Translations under genes and position numbers: made by a program
The notes under the pieces: generated by a model
Told to the model about the DNA's origin: nothing
The model's database searches: none
What the model saw: the letters and a program-made list of their open reading frames with translations, nothing else
In this document: positions 10,156 to 21,238 of the stretch, one piece after another
How the letters are laid out: the number at the start of each line of letters is the position of its first letter
Position numbering within the stretch: position 1 is the stretch's first letter
NCBI GenBank assembly: GCA_020184695.1
Contig: JAANOX010000153.1
Coordinates: 620,001 to 684,000 of the forward strand
Direction: 5' to 3'
DNA from: Histomonas meleagridis 2922-C6/04-290x
Lineage: Eukaryota > Protista > Parabasalia
Length of the DNA stretch: 64,000 nt

Positions 10156-11688
10156 ATGTTTATATGTTTGCTTTGCCTTATAAATTCTTCCCAAGTTATC
10201 ACGTTTGACCAAATAATTGATCACTTTCAGCCTTCTAAAGAAGATAACATCTTTTCTCAGACAATTATTATTGAAACAAAATATTCACAAGTTCAATATC
10301 AAACAACAATAATTTACTTAAATGACTTTGATAAATTAAATCAAGATAACCCTTTTCCATCAGCAATAATTGATTTAGCTTCACAAACTTCTGCATCATT
10401 AATTACTATAGAACCTAGATTTTTTGGAGATTCACAGCCATTCAAAGTTCTTACTACCGAGAATTTACATTATAACACAATTGAACAAAATTTAGCTGAC
10501 ATAGCATATTTTATTCAATATCTCAAAGAAAATTATAATGTCGAAAAAGTTGTTGTTGTTGGGAAGGGATATGGTGGTACCCTTGCCACATGGTTTAGAC
10601 TTCAATATCCACAGTATGTTGATGCTGTATGGGCATCATCATCACCTCTCAAATTTATTTCATATGATGATCAAGTCGACAAAAACATTGCTGAAAAGCT
10701 TCAATTTCAATCACAAACGTGTCTTGATGCCACAACTACACTCTTATCAAGGTTCGAAGCAATTATGACATATGGTGATTCAGATTCCCAAACTCTTGTC
10801 AAGAGGTATTTTGGGTTCAACAAAGACACTAATTCCAACTCTGTTTTATATGAACTTGCTGAATCATTTCGGTTGATGGCACAAACTGAAACAAATCGAA
10901 GTACGAAACTTTTAACAGAATATTGTATGGGCCAAAAATTTGAGCCAAACAACGAAACACTCAAAAACGCGTTCAAGAAAGCTCTACAGCAATTTGGCCT
11001 TACTGTTGACACTTTTGATCCGCAAAAATCAGTTCCAGAGACATGTGATGTGAAAGACGCGCGTTCTTTACTTTATCTCAAATGTAATCAAATTGGTGGG
11101 TTTCATACATATAATCAACAACATTACTTTAGATCAAGATCACTAAATGAGACATATTATAATAAGTTATGTAATGACGCTTTTCAAATAAGCAAAGTTG
11201 CCAATGTTGATCAACTTAATTTAAGATACGGAAATTTAGAAAACGGTGCTTCATCTGTTTTGTTGTCTCAAAGTACCAAAAACGTAGAATTTGAACTCCT
11301 TCATTTCAAAAGTAATCCAGAGATAGATTTGATTGTTGAAACTACTGATGAAGAGTCATATGGTGATGAATTGTATTCAGATGGTAGTAATGCGCAAAAA
11401 ATAACTGATTTCAAGAGCAAAGTCTTTGAAACCTTCAAACAATGGACAGATTTATCACGAAAGATTACATGTAATTTACATGGTAATATGGTAATCAACA
11501 AATGCAAATGCGATAAGAGCTGGACAGGAGAATTATGCCAAACAAAAACTGTTGCCCAAAATATCATCAAAATGATTTCGGCCGTATCAACATTGTTTCC
11601 AACATTGATTTTGCTTGCATTCGCACTCTTAGCATGGAGGAAGGTAGCCAAAGACACAAAGTTTTCACTTCGTCCTTCTATTTTTTAA
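10156..11688 (+). CDS. Peptidase S28-like type I membrane protein with EGF-like domain, probably inactive
   Basis: IEPRFFGDSQP, EQNLADIAYFI, GKGYGGTLATWFRLQYP, AVWASSSP. C-terminal CNLHG...CKCDKSWTGELC is followed by a TM helix. Confidence 0.8.
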   Translation: MFICLLCLINSSQVITFDQIIDHFQPSKEDNIFSQTIIIETKYSQVQYQTTIIYLNDFDKLNQDNPFPSAIIDLASQTSASLITIEPRFFGDSQPFKVLTTENLHYNTIEQNLADIAYFIQYLKENYNVEKVVVVGKGYGGTLATWFRLQYPQYVDAVWASSSPLKFISYDDQVDKNIAEKLQFQSQTCLDATTTLLSRFEAIMTYGDSDSQTLVKRYFGFNKDTNSNSVLYELAESFRLMAQTETNRSTKLLTEYCMGQKFEPNNETLKNAFKKALQQFGLTVDTFDPQKSVPETCDVKDARSLLYLKCNQIGGFHTYNQQHYFRSRSLNETYYNKLCNDAFQISKVANVDQLNLRYGNLENGASSVLLSQSTKNVEFELLHFKSNPEIDLIVETTDEESYGDELYSDGSNAQKITDFKSKVFETFKQWTDLSRKITCNLHGNMVINKCKCDKSWTGELCQTKTVAQNIIKMISAVSTLFPTLILLAFALLAWRKVAKDTKFSLRPSIF

Positions 11689-12118
11689 ATATTGTGTTTT
11701 TTTTTTGTTGTTGTTGTTTTCTTATCTTTATTTTTGTATACAACCAAATTTAAAAGGGTATTGAGAAGATATCTCTTAGAGATTGTTGTGAATTATTTTC
11801 ATTATTAAATTACAATTTGATATTTATGGAATACTTAAAGTGACAAACTGCAATAACATATAAAATTTATTCATTTATATTTTAGGAAAAAACTTTACTG
11901 CTACGAACCGAAATGGAAAAAATTCCAATTTTGGCGGGGATAATTGATGAACACATGAAACATTTGAATAAAATTCAGCGTTTTTTGATGGTTAAACCGT
12001 TTTGCACAAAAAAAATTGAATGAATATCCAGAAAAATATGTATCGTCTATCAATTGTCACTTTTGAAATATTATCAATTCAAAGTAAGCAGCCGTAAAAA
12101 ACCGCGACCACAACCAAA

Positions 12119-12487
12119 ATGAGCGATACCCCGGCATTTGAATATCCACCCGAAGATCAACAATTTGAAGTCGGACAGAAGATATACGTCATTGATCCCA
12201 ATGAATTTGACATTTACGAAGCTCAAATCAGTGCTATTGATGGAAATAAATACCAAATCCACTATCCTGACTACCCAGATGATGATGGAGAAATAGAAGG
12301 CACCAAGCGATTCTTAATAAAGACCGAGAAAAACAATAAGATTTTTGAAGAACAAGATCGCATTCGTCTTCAAGAAGAAGCTCGAGCTCTTGAAGAAGAG
12401 GAAGAAGAAGCCGAAAGTCAAGAAGATGAAGATGACAAAAACTATGAGCAAAAAGACAATGAAGATGATGCTCAATCCAAAAATTAG
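12119..12487 (+). CDS. Stand-alone MRG15/Eaf3-like chromo-barrel (Tudor-knot) protein with acidic tail
   Basis: FEVGQKIYV...IYEAQI...KYQIHYPDY...KRFL follows the MRG15 N-terminal pattern. Paralog of 55320-55766. Confidence 0.55.
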   Translation: MSDTPAFEYPPEDQQFEVGQKIYVIDPNEFDIYEAQISAIDGNKYQIHYPDYPDDDGEIEGTKRFLIKTEKNNKIFEEQDRIRLQEEARALEEEEEEAESQEDEDDKNYEQKDNEDDAQSKN

Positions 12488-12538
12488 TTTGATTAAACCC
12501 TCACAATAAAACCAAAAAGAAATTTCTTTAGCTTAACT

Positions 12539-15500
12539 TTATTGTTTTGAACGTTTTACCTTTGCAAATGCAGCTGCCAAATCATTATGAGAATTCTGAG
12601 GTTGCTGGGGCACCCCCGGGGGTGGCCTGCTTACTTTTCTTAATTGAGCCGGACCGTTTTGTAAAGTTTGCATCAACTCATCCAAAACACCTCGATGAGC
12701 ATCATCGTTATTAATTGAAGGGTCACGCATTTTCATTCCGCCTCTTCTTGATGCTTTTTCTTCATCTTGTTTCTTCTTTTCGTTTTGCTTTTTAGCGTTC
12801 ATTAATGAATCAGCGAGCTTCGAAAAGACACTAAAGAAATCGGAAATTTGCATTTGTTCCGGATCTTCACCATATTCTTTGACGATTCGATTATATTTAT
12901 TATCTATTTTCTGAAACATTGGTTCTTGTTTTTTGATTCTTTCTTCGTTATCATTCTTAAATTTGTTGAATTGCGGGAATAAGTTGTAGCCTTCCATTAT
13001 TAACTTTTCGGCTTGTGCCATTGCGTTGTTTAACTTGTTAAATGTCGTTTCCATTTGTTTATAAGATTTCCGAGTTGTTTCTAAATCAACTGTAAGTCCT
13101 TTCTTAACTACTTCTAATTCTTTATATAATTGATCAACTGGAAATATATCTGCAATGTAATTCGTTAATAAATATCCAGGTAATTGTGTTCGTGTTTCTA
13201 GTACTTTATCAATAAAATTAAATTTATATCCATATGCGCCTCCACGCATTGTGCCACCATTACATATGTTGCCTATACGTAATAATAATGCTAATAAATC
13301 ATGAAGTCGCTTAGAGCGATCAATTGCTTTTAATGAGCTTAATATGTATTCAATTGGAGTTTCGATGTCTTTCATTTGACTTTCAAATGTTTTACGAAGA
13401 TACAAGAAATCTAGATGAAGTTGTAACATTTTGATGTTACTAATGGCTAAGATAAATTGTTCCGATTTGCCGAGAAGTGATGGATCTCCTTCATAAGCTT
13501 GAATTGATTGAATTTCTTCCGTTGTAGGTGCATTAGAACGTAGTGATTGAATTTCATCTTCTGTGGTTGACTCATCTAAACGTCGAATTTCATCTGCAAC
13601 TTGAGAAATTGGGCGACGAAAACGTGATACCATAATCGCAATGTTTTTAGAGCGATTTGGTTCAAGAATTTCAACTGATTTAGGTCGTGGTGGTGATGCT
13701 GCTTCTGTTGCTTTCTTTGCAGGCTGTTTAGGAGGTGTAGAAGCAAATAATTCATAAATTCTATCAGTATCAATTTTGATCAAATCATCATCGATTTCTT
13801 CCCAGATTGTGTCCTTAACTCCAATATCAGGAATTTTGTCCCAATAAAGTCCTCTAAGAGGTTTTGGTGGTTTGGGATTAGGTTTTGGGGGTGGCCCGGC
13901 AGGTGGGGCACCCGGAGGTGGGGGTGCTCCAGGAGGCGGTGGAGGGGGTGGGGGTGCCCCTGGGGGAGGTGGCGGTGGAGGAGGTGGTGGCGGTGGTGGT
14001 TCACTTCCTGGAGGAGGAGGCGGAGGTGGTGGTGGTGGTTCTGTGCCTTCATTACTTTCTCCCGATTTTAATGCAGCTATCTCGTTTTTCAGTTTTTCAA
14101 TTTCTCTGTCGCGTTCTTCCACATAATCTGTTAATTTTTTAATTGTTTCTTTATCACCACCACTATTTAATTGTTTCATTAATTCCTCATTTTTTTGTGC
14201 TTCTTTTTCTTTTCCTTCAAGTGCAAGCTGACAACTTATTTGAAGATTTTCGATTTGTGCTGTTAATTTCTTAATTCTTGTTTCATAATCTTCAACTATT
14301 TCTTGTGCTTCTTCGTTATCTTCTTGAGTTTCAGCTACTTGTGATCCATTTCTTGCTCTTCCAATTATTCTTCCGACTTTTTGTGTTGCAAGATCAGAAT
14401 CAACTGCAAACATAATCGTACTAAGATCTGTTGTTATATAATTATCTGGTGCAAGATTAAGTTTGATTGGGCGATTAATTCCATGAGCTACTTGAAAAGC
14501 ATATCTATATTTATCTGGTTGATTTGATGCAGTAAATATTCGTAATAAATTAAGTGAATTATAATAATATATCATAGTTTCTTTAAATACGTCAGGATAT
14601 TTAAGTGAAAGATCAAAAAGTCCAAGTAGAAAATTACTATAAATATATGTTGGCTCACATGCTTTCATTGTAAGTTCATAAATTGTTTTATGATTATATG
14701 GATTGAAGTATTTGTTTCCAAAAAGTGATTTGATAAAATGAATATCTTCTTCAAGAGTAGGAACAAGTGATATAATACCTAAATTATTATTAACTTTTTT
14801 AAGTGCATCTAAAAGACCTGCTTTTTCAATTTGTTGGATCCAATCAAATTTAAATGATGGATAATCTGATAATTTCATATAGAACCCATTTAGAAACGAC
14901 GATAGGGACGATAGGAAACTGGCAGTTGGATTCCCTGAAACCATTGCAGTCAGGTTCTTCCAACCTTTATGTTCACGTTTAAGATTACCAAATGATTCAA
15001 GGATGATGCGGATGATTTTTGCAACACTATAATTCTTATATGTTTGAGGTGTAAAAAGGAATGATAATGTTATTTCTAAAACCATATCAACTGTTCGTGG
15101 GATAGGTGGGAAAAACGAGTTTATAACCATTGGTAATGCATCAAGATAAGCTGTAATTAATTTTGCACCACTTCCAGAATTGCAAATATGACGAATACAT
15201 ACAAGAAGATATAAAAGAATACTTCCTCCTGTTTTAGTAAGATCTTCATATTGTGAAACTCTAGCTGAAACTTGGGAAAGTAATTGAAGAAGATACAAAT
15301 GACCCCCCGCATCGAAAAATTGTTGACTCCATGTAATTCTTGCCGTAGAGAGATTGACGGAAAGTGATTCTAAAAGTTTTGGTGTTATAGTATGTCTTAA
15401 TAAATTTAGAAATTCTTTTGGATCTGGAGTTTGACTATCACGCAAATGTTGAAGAACAATGAATTGCCATTTCTTTTCCACATCTTTATGTTCAAGTGGA

Positions 15501-15664
15501 GCACGTTTTTCTTCATTGAGGTCAAGGTCATCAAGTAAATCTTTTATCATCTTTTCAACAATTTCATCTTCAGGGCGTTCTGATGGTAAAGATGATGTTA
15601 CAAAAGGAGGAAGCTTGGAAAGATATGGATCTGAATCAGCCGCTGATGGCCTTGGCGATGACAT
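12539..15664 (-). CDS. Formin (GBD/FH3-FH1-FH2)
   Basis: VEKKWQFI GBD-like motif, polyproline FH1, FH2 motifs LRGLYWDKI, NIAIMVSRF, GNICNGG...GAYGYK, and FFSVFSKL. Confidence 0.92.
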   Translation of the reverse strand: MSSPRPSAADSDPYLSKLPPFVTSSLPSERPEDEIVEKMIKDLLDDLDLNEEKRAPLEHKDVEKKWQFIVLQHLRDSQTPDPKEFLNLLRHTITPKLLESLSVNLSTARITWSQQFFDAGGHLYLLQLLSQVSARVSQYEDLTKTGGSILLYLLVCIRHICNSGSGAKLITAYLDALPMVINSFFPPIPRTVDMVLEITLSFLFTPQTYKNYSVAKIIRIILESFGNLKREHKGWKNLTAMVSGNPTASFLSSLSSFLNGFYMKLSDYPSFKFDWIQQIEKAGLLDALKKVNNNLGIISLVPTLEEDIHFIKSLFGNKYFNPYNHKTIYELTMKACEPTYIYSNFLLGLFDLSLKYPDVFKETMIYYYNSLNLLRIFTASNQPDKYRYAFQVAHGINRPIKLNLAPDNYITTDLSTIMFAVDSDLATQKVGRIIGRARNGSQVAETQEDNEEAQEIVEDYETRIKKLTAQIENLQISCQLALEGKEKEAQKNEELMKQLNSGGDKETIKKLTDYVEERDREIEKLKNEIAALKSGESNEGTEPPPPPPPPPPGSEPPPPPPPPPPPPPGAPPPPPPPPGAPPPPGAPPAGPPPKPNPKPPKPLRGLYWDKIPDIGVKDTIWEEIDDDLIKIDTDRIYELFASTPPKQPAKKATEAASPPRPKSVEILEPNRSKNIAIMVSRFRRPISQVADEIRRLDESTTEDEIQSLRSNAPTTEEIQSIQAYEGDPSLLGKSEQFILAISNIKMLQLHLDFLYLRKTFESQMKDIETPIEYILSSLKAIDRSKRLHDLLALLLRIGNICNGGTMRGGAYGYKFNFIDKVLETRTQLPGYLLTNYIADIFPVDQLYKELEVVKKGLTVDLETTRKSYKQMETTFNKLNNAMAQAEKLIMEGYNLFPQFNKFKNDNEERIKKQEPMFQKIDNKYNRIVKEYGEDPEQMQISDFFSVFSKLADSLMNAKKQNEKKKQDEEKASRRGGMKMRDPSINNDDAHRGVLDELMQTLQNGPAQLRKVSRPPPGVPQQPQNSHNDLAAAFAKVKRSKQ
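13870..14045 (-). repeat. Polyproline (FH1)-encoding GC-rich low-complexity tract
   Basis: GGN repeats on the plus strand encode PPPPP runs in the formin. Confidence 0.85.
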
Positions 15665-16440
15665 GTTTGAAAGGAAAAATTTCAGATGTTATTTTGGGTT
15701 ATATTGAATTTAAAACTTTTGAAGCAAAGCTTAGCATTGAATTCGGGTTTTTTCCCACAATTTTTGGATGTGGCATATTTACAATTTTCTAAAGATTCTC
15801 AAAATAGCCATAAAAATACCGAGCTTCCTTCGTTTCAGGAAATAAGTTTTCTTGATTTAACAAATTAGTGCATATATAGTGATATGCTATTTAAATCTTT
15901 TAATATCTAAAACAAGAATTTTGAATAATATTTTTATTCTTTTGTTTTTGTATTAAAATTGCGTGGCATTATTTCTTTAAAACAATGTTTTACAAAGTTT
16001 ACACATTATTTCTTAGTTTTTCCAAAATAAAAATCACTAACAATATCAGTAACATTATTTCCTGTTAATTATACAACATAAAAGCATGCAAAATGTATCA
16101 TGTCTTACCTCTTTCGAGACATTTAGATGATGTATGGGAAAGACACTTTTAAGTAAACTACAAAAAAACTTTTAAGCAAATCAACATAAAAAATGTTTTC
16201 AATAAAGAACGCAGAAACATTTTAAACATTTCTCGAATCAATAAAATGTATTCTGAGGATAGGATACTTTTTATCAATATTTTCAAAATTTCATTTTACA
16301 ATTACCTTTAATTGATTTATAAGAACAAAACCATTTTACTTATCAACTCGTATCATCCCTTTTATTTCTGTATGCTAACAAGTTAGAAAAGAAAAAAAAA
16401 TTAAAATACAAACAAATTTTATGATATCATATTTTCCATT

Positions 16441-17454
16441 TCATAACATTGAGTTCGAACTTTTCCTTATGTAGCTTTGTGGCTGATGTTGTGGCTGTGG
16501 ATTTGCGTTCGCAACATATACCACATCTTTATCATTAATGATACTCTTCAAATCATTAAACCTATTTTCGATGTACTCAAGCATTTGCTCAAGCGGCACA
16601 TCGCCTTTTTTCCTTAATTGTTGTGCAAACGCGCCGGAAGAATGTTGTAATGCGCGACCAAAAATTGCTTTAATTGATGTTTTAATTGCAGCAATTTCAG
16701 TGTTTTTGTCTTCAATTCGTTGTATGTCCTTTATGAGTGTTGCCTTTTCATATTCACTCATTTTTCGCATTTGACTGATTTTTGTTATCCCTTCATTATA
16801 TCTCATAGTCTTATTAATTAGATCCAATCGTTTTGTTTCAAGTTGCTTTGTTAAATTAGACTCATCAGCTCCATATGTTGCCATAAGGTTCTGATATTTT
16901 TGAAGAAATTCAGCTCGAGTGGACGATAGGCTATCGTAGCGGTTAAGTATTGATTCGATGCTATCGAAGCTTTGGCACGAATCGACAACAGACTGAAGAT
17001 AATCCGCACACGGTTGGAGGCTTTGAAGCTCTGCTTTAAGGGAATCATTTTTGGTTCGAAGTTTTTCTTCTTCTTCTGAAAGCTTTTTCAATTCTTGCAT
17101 TATGGATTTCGATTGTTCGTTTTCTTCGTTTTCCCGTTTGCGAGCTTTCTCAATTTCTTGAATGTGATGTTGCGTAAAGGCATCAAGGATCTTCTTTTGT
17201 TCAGCTAAATCTTGTTGTTTTTTTTCTATTTCAAGTCTTTTACTTTGAGAATTGATTTTCCATTGTTCATATTTTGCACGAGCATTTTCAAGTTCTTGAT
17301 CAGTGGCTTCCATCTGATGTTGTTTATCAACAAGTTGAGGAGATAATCCAGGCAACCCAATTCTTTTGGTTCCTGAATTACCATACATTTCTAAGTACTT
17401 TTTTTCGAATGTTGTTCTTTGGTTTTGGGGACGTGTGACGAAAGTTTGATCCAT
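16441..17454 (-). CDS. CCDC42/CFAP73-like (DUF4200-type) coiled-coil flagellar protein
   Basis: Coiled-coil throughout; the YLQSVVDSCQSFDSIESILNRYDSL pattern resembles this family. Confidence 0.55.
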   Translation of the reverse strand: MDQTFVTRPQNQRTTFEKKYLEMYGNSGTKRIGLPGLSPQLVDKQHQMEATDQELENARAKYEQWKINSQSKRLEIEKKQQDLAEQKKILDAFTQHHIQEIEKARKRENEENEQSKSIMQELKKLSEEEEKLRTKNDSLKAELQSLQPCADYLQSVVDSCQSFDSIESILNRYDSLSSTRAEFLQKYQNLMATYGADESNLTKQLETKRLDLINKTMRYNEGITKISQMRKMSEYEKATLIKDIQRIEDKNTEIAAIKTSIKAIFGRALQHSSGAFAQQLRKKGDVPLEQMLEYIENRFNDLKSIINDKDVVYVANANPQPQHQPQSYIRKSSNSML

Positions 17455-18246
17455 TTCTTCTATAAGATTCGTTATTTAGAATCAAACAAAGATAGTGAAT
17501 ATCGGATATACTGAAGTCTCCACTAAAAAAAAGATTTGTTCTATAGAAACAATTTTTAAAAAATGAACATTCATTAAAAATTATGAATTTTACAACTTTT
17601 GAAGATGATCAATATTAAATATAAAATAAATATTAAATAAATATATGATTCTTTAGATGTTTTTATGTATTTCCTATATATAACATTTTAATAACAAGTA
17701 CATATACAATAATTATATTATTCTTAAACTCATAATTATGAGATAATATATTATGAGAGAACATCCTGTTACAAATAAAACGCAATCTACTGTTAATATA
17801 AATGTTTATATTGATGATGAACAATAAATATTTATTTATAAATATGTTACTTTTGATTCTTCTTTTAGAATGAATTAAAAAAGAATTTTATCTGATTTAC
17901 ATATACATTTTTGACACAATAAATATTTATTTTTCTTTCCTTTTATAATAGCATATTTCATTACTTAAAATTTAAAGCACATTAAACATAGAAAAAAAAA
18001 TGCGAGCAAAGAAACATTATCATCATAGCAAAGTGGAGAAAATTGAACTGAAGAGCTATTTCTTGCTGCTCTTCAACACTGTCATGAGTCACTCCTCTCT
18101 ATCTCAAACTCATGTTCAGCTTTTTAGTTTGTTGGACCATTGACAGCTCACTACAATTGTAGAAGATGCGAATGCATTTTCACGAAAGAATTTGCGCAAA
18201 TATATTTCTTTATTCAATTCTTCAAACTGTGCCATTTCAAACAAAC

Positions 18247-19308
18247 TCAACAACATTTTTTCGCGGGCACGTCCAGTTCCACTTCTCCGCCATTGTTCTC
18301 GATGAGCCTCAAAATGAATTCCGTATTTCCGGTGTCAAATCCAATGTCCGCGAAGTATTCAAACGACAAATATTTCTTCTGCTGAAGTTTTTCCTTAACT
18401 ATTGCTGATGTGTCGAAGAAAAATTGCAATAGTTCCGAATCATTTCCTCTTTTTATGAGATCAGATATTTTGGAGAGGATCGATCCTTTGCCTTTAAGCA
18501 AAAATTTGTATTCGCTGTGCGCGTGGACGACTTTGTCGCGGCCAAATGTGACATCGCCAACATCCAAATCTTGAAGAATCGGATGCGTGACAGATGCAAC
18601 ACCCCAGTTTTCACTTGTTAGAATTTCTTCGTTGCCAATTTCAACATGAAATACACAGTCGTCTTGGCTTGTAAATGGCATTGCAATCGATCCGATGAAA
18701 TATGAGAGATCAGAGGCTTCGCTAATATCATCGGTGGCTGATATGAATACACGAAGAGCGAGCATGCGAGCACGCCAAAGCGACAGAAGTGATTGTGGAT
18801 TTGGTAATAATTTACATACTGTTCCCTTATGTGTAAAAACTTGGAGAGGTTGGGGAATTGGATCAGATGAATCAAAGCCAGTGGGTATGTTAAGACGATG
18901 ACTAAGATTGATAAAATCTTGGAATTCAAGAGATTTGGTTGCTTCAACAATTTTCACAGATTCTTCGAGAAATGCGAGATGGGTTTGACTGAAGATTGGT
19001 GTGAGTGAAAATATTGAAATTGTAACTTGAAGTGGACCACGTTCATGCTTAATATGTGATGCAATAACACAAATTCCTAAGATAAAATAATCACCTTTCT
19101 TTGTAGCGAAAATGACGCCCTTATCCCATCGAGAAGGAAATAAAATATTAGCATATGCTTGATCAATTTGAGGAATAGTACTTTGAAAAATAGTTGGACC
19201 ATTTCTTACATGAAAAATTCCTACAGTAATGTGTTTAGTTCCATCTTTTCCAACAACATGCACATGTTGCTCGGGCAATAGTTCATCATCGAGAGTTGAT
19301 GATTTCAT
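18247..19308 (-). CDS. DENN-like (DENND11/DUF2347-type) protein ending in KKCC
   Basis: uDENN-like VGIFHVRNGPTIF near the N-terminus; intact 353-aa ORF. Confidence 0.55.
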   Translation of the reverse strand: MKSSTLDDELLPEQHVHVVGKDGTKHITVGIFHVRNGPTIFQSTIPQIDQAYANILFPSRWDKGVIFATKKGDYFILGICVIASHIKHERGPLQVTISIFSLTPIFSQTHLAFLEESVKIVEATKSLEFQDFINLSHRLNIPTGFDSSDPIPQPLQVFTHKGTVCKLLPNPQSLLSLWRARMLALRVFISATDDISEASDLSYFIGSIAMPFTSQDDCVFHVEIGNEEILTSENWGVASVTHPILQDLDVGDVTFGRDKVVHAHSEYKFLLKGKGSILSKISDLIKRGNDSELLQFFFDTSAIVKEKLQQKKYLSFEYFADIGFDTGNTEFILRLIENNGGEVELDVPAKKCC

Positions 19309-19452
19309 TGCGTTTGAATGCTGCCAAACGGTTAAACAATGGCAAGGTGAAGTGAAGAATCCATTTTTGTGGAATGAGAATTTTTACAAGCAATTAATCA
19401 CTTTTAATAAAATTATTAGTTCAGTAACATATCAATGTTTTGTTATAAAAAT

Positions 19453-19879
19453 TTATGGTCTGGATATATGTTTGGATTTTATTAAAGAAATTGAAAAAAT
19501 GGAGGAAAATATCAATAGCAAATCAAAGATTTATGATGTATTTGTAAGTTTTCTTCTTGTTCAAAAACAAGAATCAGGATTATATATTGTTAATAATATG
19601 ATTGAACAACATTTTATTGAACCAAAAGTTATACAAAATGAAATGAATCCATATTTTGCAGGCCTGCATCTGAAAAAGGTTATACAGAAATAGTTCAATT
19701 ACTTAAAAAAAAAAAAGGAAATTTCTATAAATGATTTTGATAATTTTTAATTCTTTTACTTGATGTTTCGAAATAATATTTGGAAATTATTTAAATTATT
19801 TCAAACAGCTCTTATGAAAGCATATAAACGTGATCATACAGATGTAGTTAAATTACTTATTGATCAGGGAGCAATTTAA
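19453..19879 (+). pseudogene. Degenerate ankyrin-repeat gene fragment with linker insert
   Basis: TEIVQLL...G followed by the conserved insert and TALMKAYKRDHTDVVKLLIDQGAI*. Contains stops and frameshifts; start approximate. Confidence 0.6.
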
Positions 19880-20740
19880 TATTCTTAAGTTTTACAGTTC
19901 GTTTCCCAAAAATTCAAAAATAATGTCATTAATAATAAACCCAACCGAATTTTTTACAAAAATATTATATTCAAAAGAACAGATAAAGGTAGTAAATTTA
20001 TTGATTTTATAGATTCTTAAGAAAAGTCTTGATATATTTTGGCATATTATGTTTGAATATTTTGGTATTTACTATTATGTAATATTAAAGACAAACATAA
20101 TGTTCATAAATATATAAAGATAAAACACAGCACACTTGTTTGAAAATAATGAGTTTACAAGATTGATTACATGAATACATCAACAAACTCAAATTTAATC
20201 TGATTTTGACATTGATTGAATTTTTAAAATGATTTAAAGACAAATTGATTAGTTAAAATTAACTGATATAAAATTGTTATTTACTTCATCTCCTTATCTT
20301 TCTATTGGAAGTTTTGGTTGTATTTTTTGGGAAATTGTGCTCAATGATAAGATTGATCATACAAAATGAATTTTTTTTTAAAGTTAATCAGTGACCCTTG
20401 ATTAAAAAATTCATGGTGTTGATATTTGGTTTTGAATTGACTTCTAATAGTCAATCATTTTATTTTTATTGAACAACCCTGATTACATATCGTAATTTAT
20501 TGTTTTGATGAAAATTACCGTTAATAAACCATTCAATAAGAGTGTGGTTGTGGAAAAATGGCGCCACTGCCCCTGTCCAACAAGTCACAACCGAAATAAT
20601 TCACTGAAACATGGATTGAAAAATCGATCATTTTTGAATTATTTACATCCATATCCATTCATTCAGTTTGTAAAGTTCACAAAAACTTTAACGTTTTTAT
20701 CCAAAAAGCTTGTGACACTTTTTAGTCTGTTAAAAAAGTC

Positions 20741-21130
20741 ATGTGTAAGGAAGTTGATGCAGTACTGTCTTCTTCATCTGAAAGTCATACTCTCCCAGGT
20801 CCTCCAAAGCCACCACCAAAGATCATTGGAAATAGTGAGTATATTCAATTTCAAGTATATAATGAACAGAGTTCTACAAATGTAACGAAACCAAAACAAA
20901 AGCAACCTAAACCAGAGCCAAAAGTGGACGTAGAAGATAGTTCTACACAAAGGTCAGGAAAGAATTCTAAAAAACCAGCGCTTAAAAAAGAATCAGATGA
21001 TGAATCAAGTAGTGATGAGTCAAGAAGTAGTAGCGATAACACTAGTTATTCATCAAGAGGAAGTTCTGGTTCTGATTCTGATTATTCAGATAATTCATAT
21101 GGTACCGATAGTTACACCTCTGGTTCATAA
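20741..21130 (+). CDS. Small Ser/Lys/Pro-rich hypothetical protein
   Basis: ATG ORF preceded by an Inr-like GACACTTTTT; low-complexity, probably disordered. Confidence 0.55.
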   Translation: MCKEVDAVLSSSSESHTLPGPPKPPPKIIGNSEYIQFQVYNEQSSTNVTKPKQKQPKPEPKVDVEDSSTQRSGKNSKKPALKKESDDESSSDESRSSSDNTSYSSRGSSGSDSDYSDNSYGTDSYTSGS

Positions 21131-21238
21131 TTTAATCCTTGAATTTATAGCGTGTGCTCTGTTCTCGTAAGCTATTTGGTTGTTAGAATTCCCAAAATGA
21201 TAAAATATAGTAAATTCCAAAATTTTAAATTGAATGAA

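Noticed and set aside
13780-14142. Gly-rich and His/Leu-rich ORFs
   Set aside because: Shadows of the formin polyproline tract.
17560-17950. Possible second Maverick-like remnant
   Set aside because: Composition is similar, but only short stop-ridden frames with no recognisable motif.
19229-19450. 5' part of the plus-strand 154-aa ORF
   Set aside because: It overlaps the start and promoter of the DENN-like gene; only the downstream part looks like an ankyrin-family remnant.
20505-20885. 126-aa ORF overlapping the 20741 gene
   Set aside because: Non-ATG start, no motif, and it spans the promoter of the downstream ORF.
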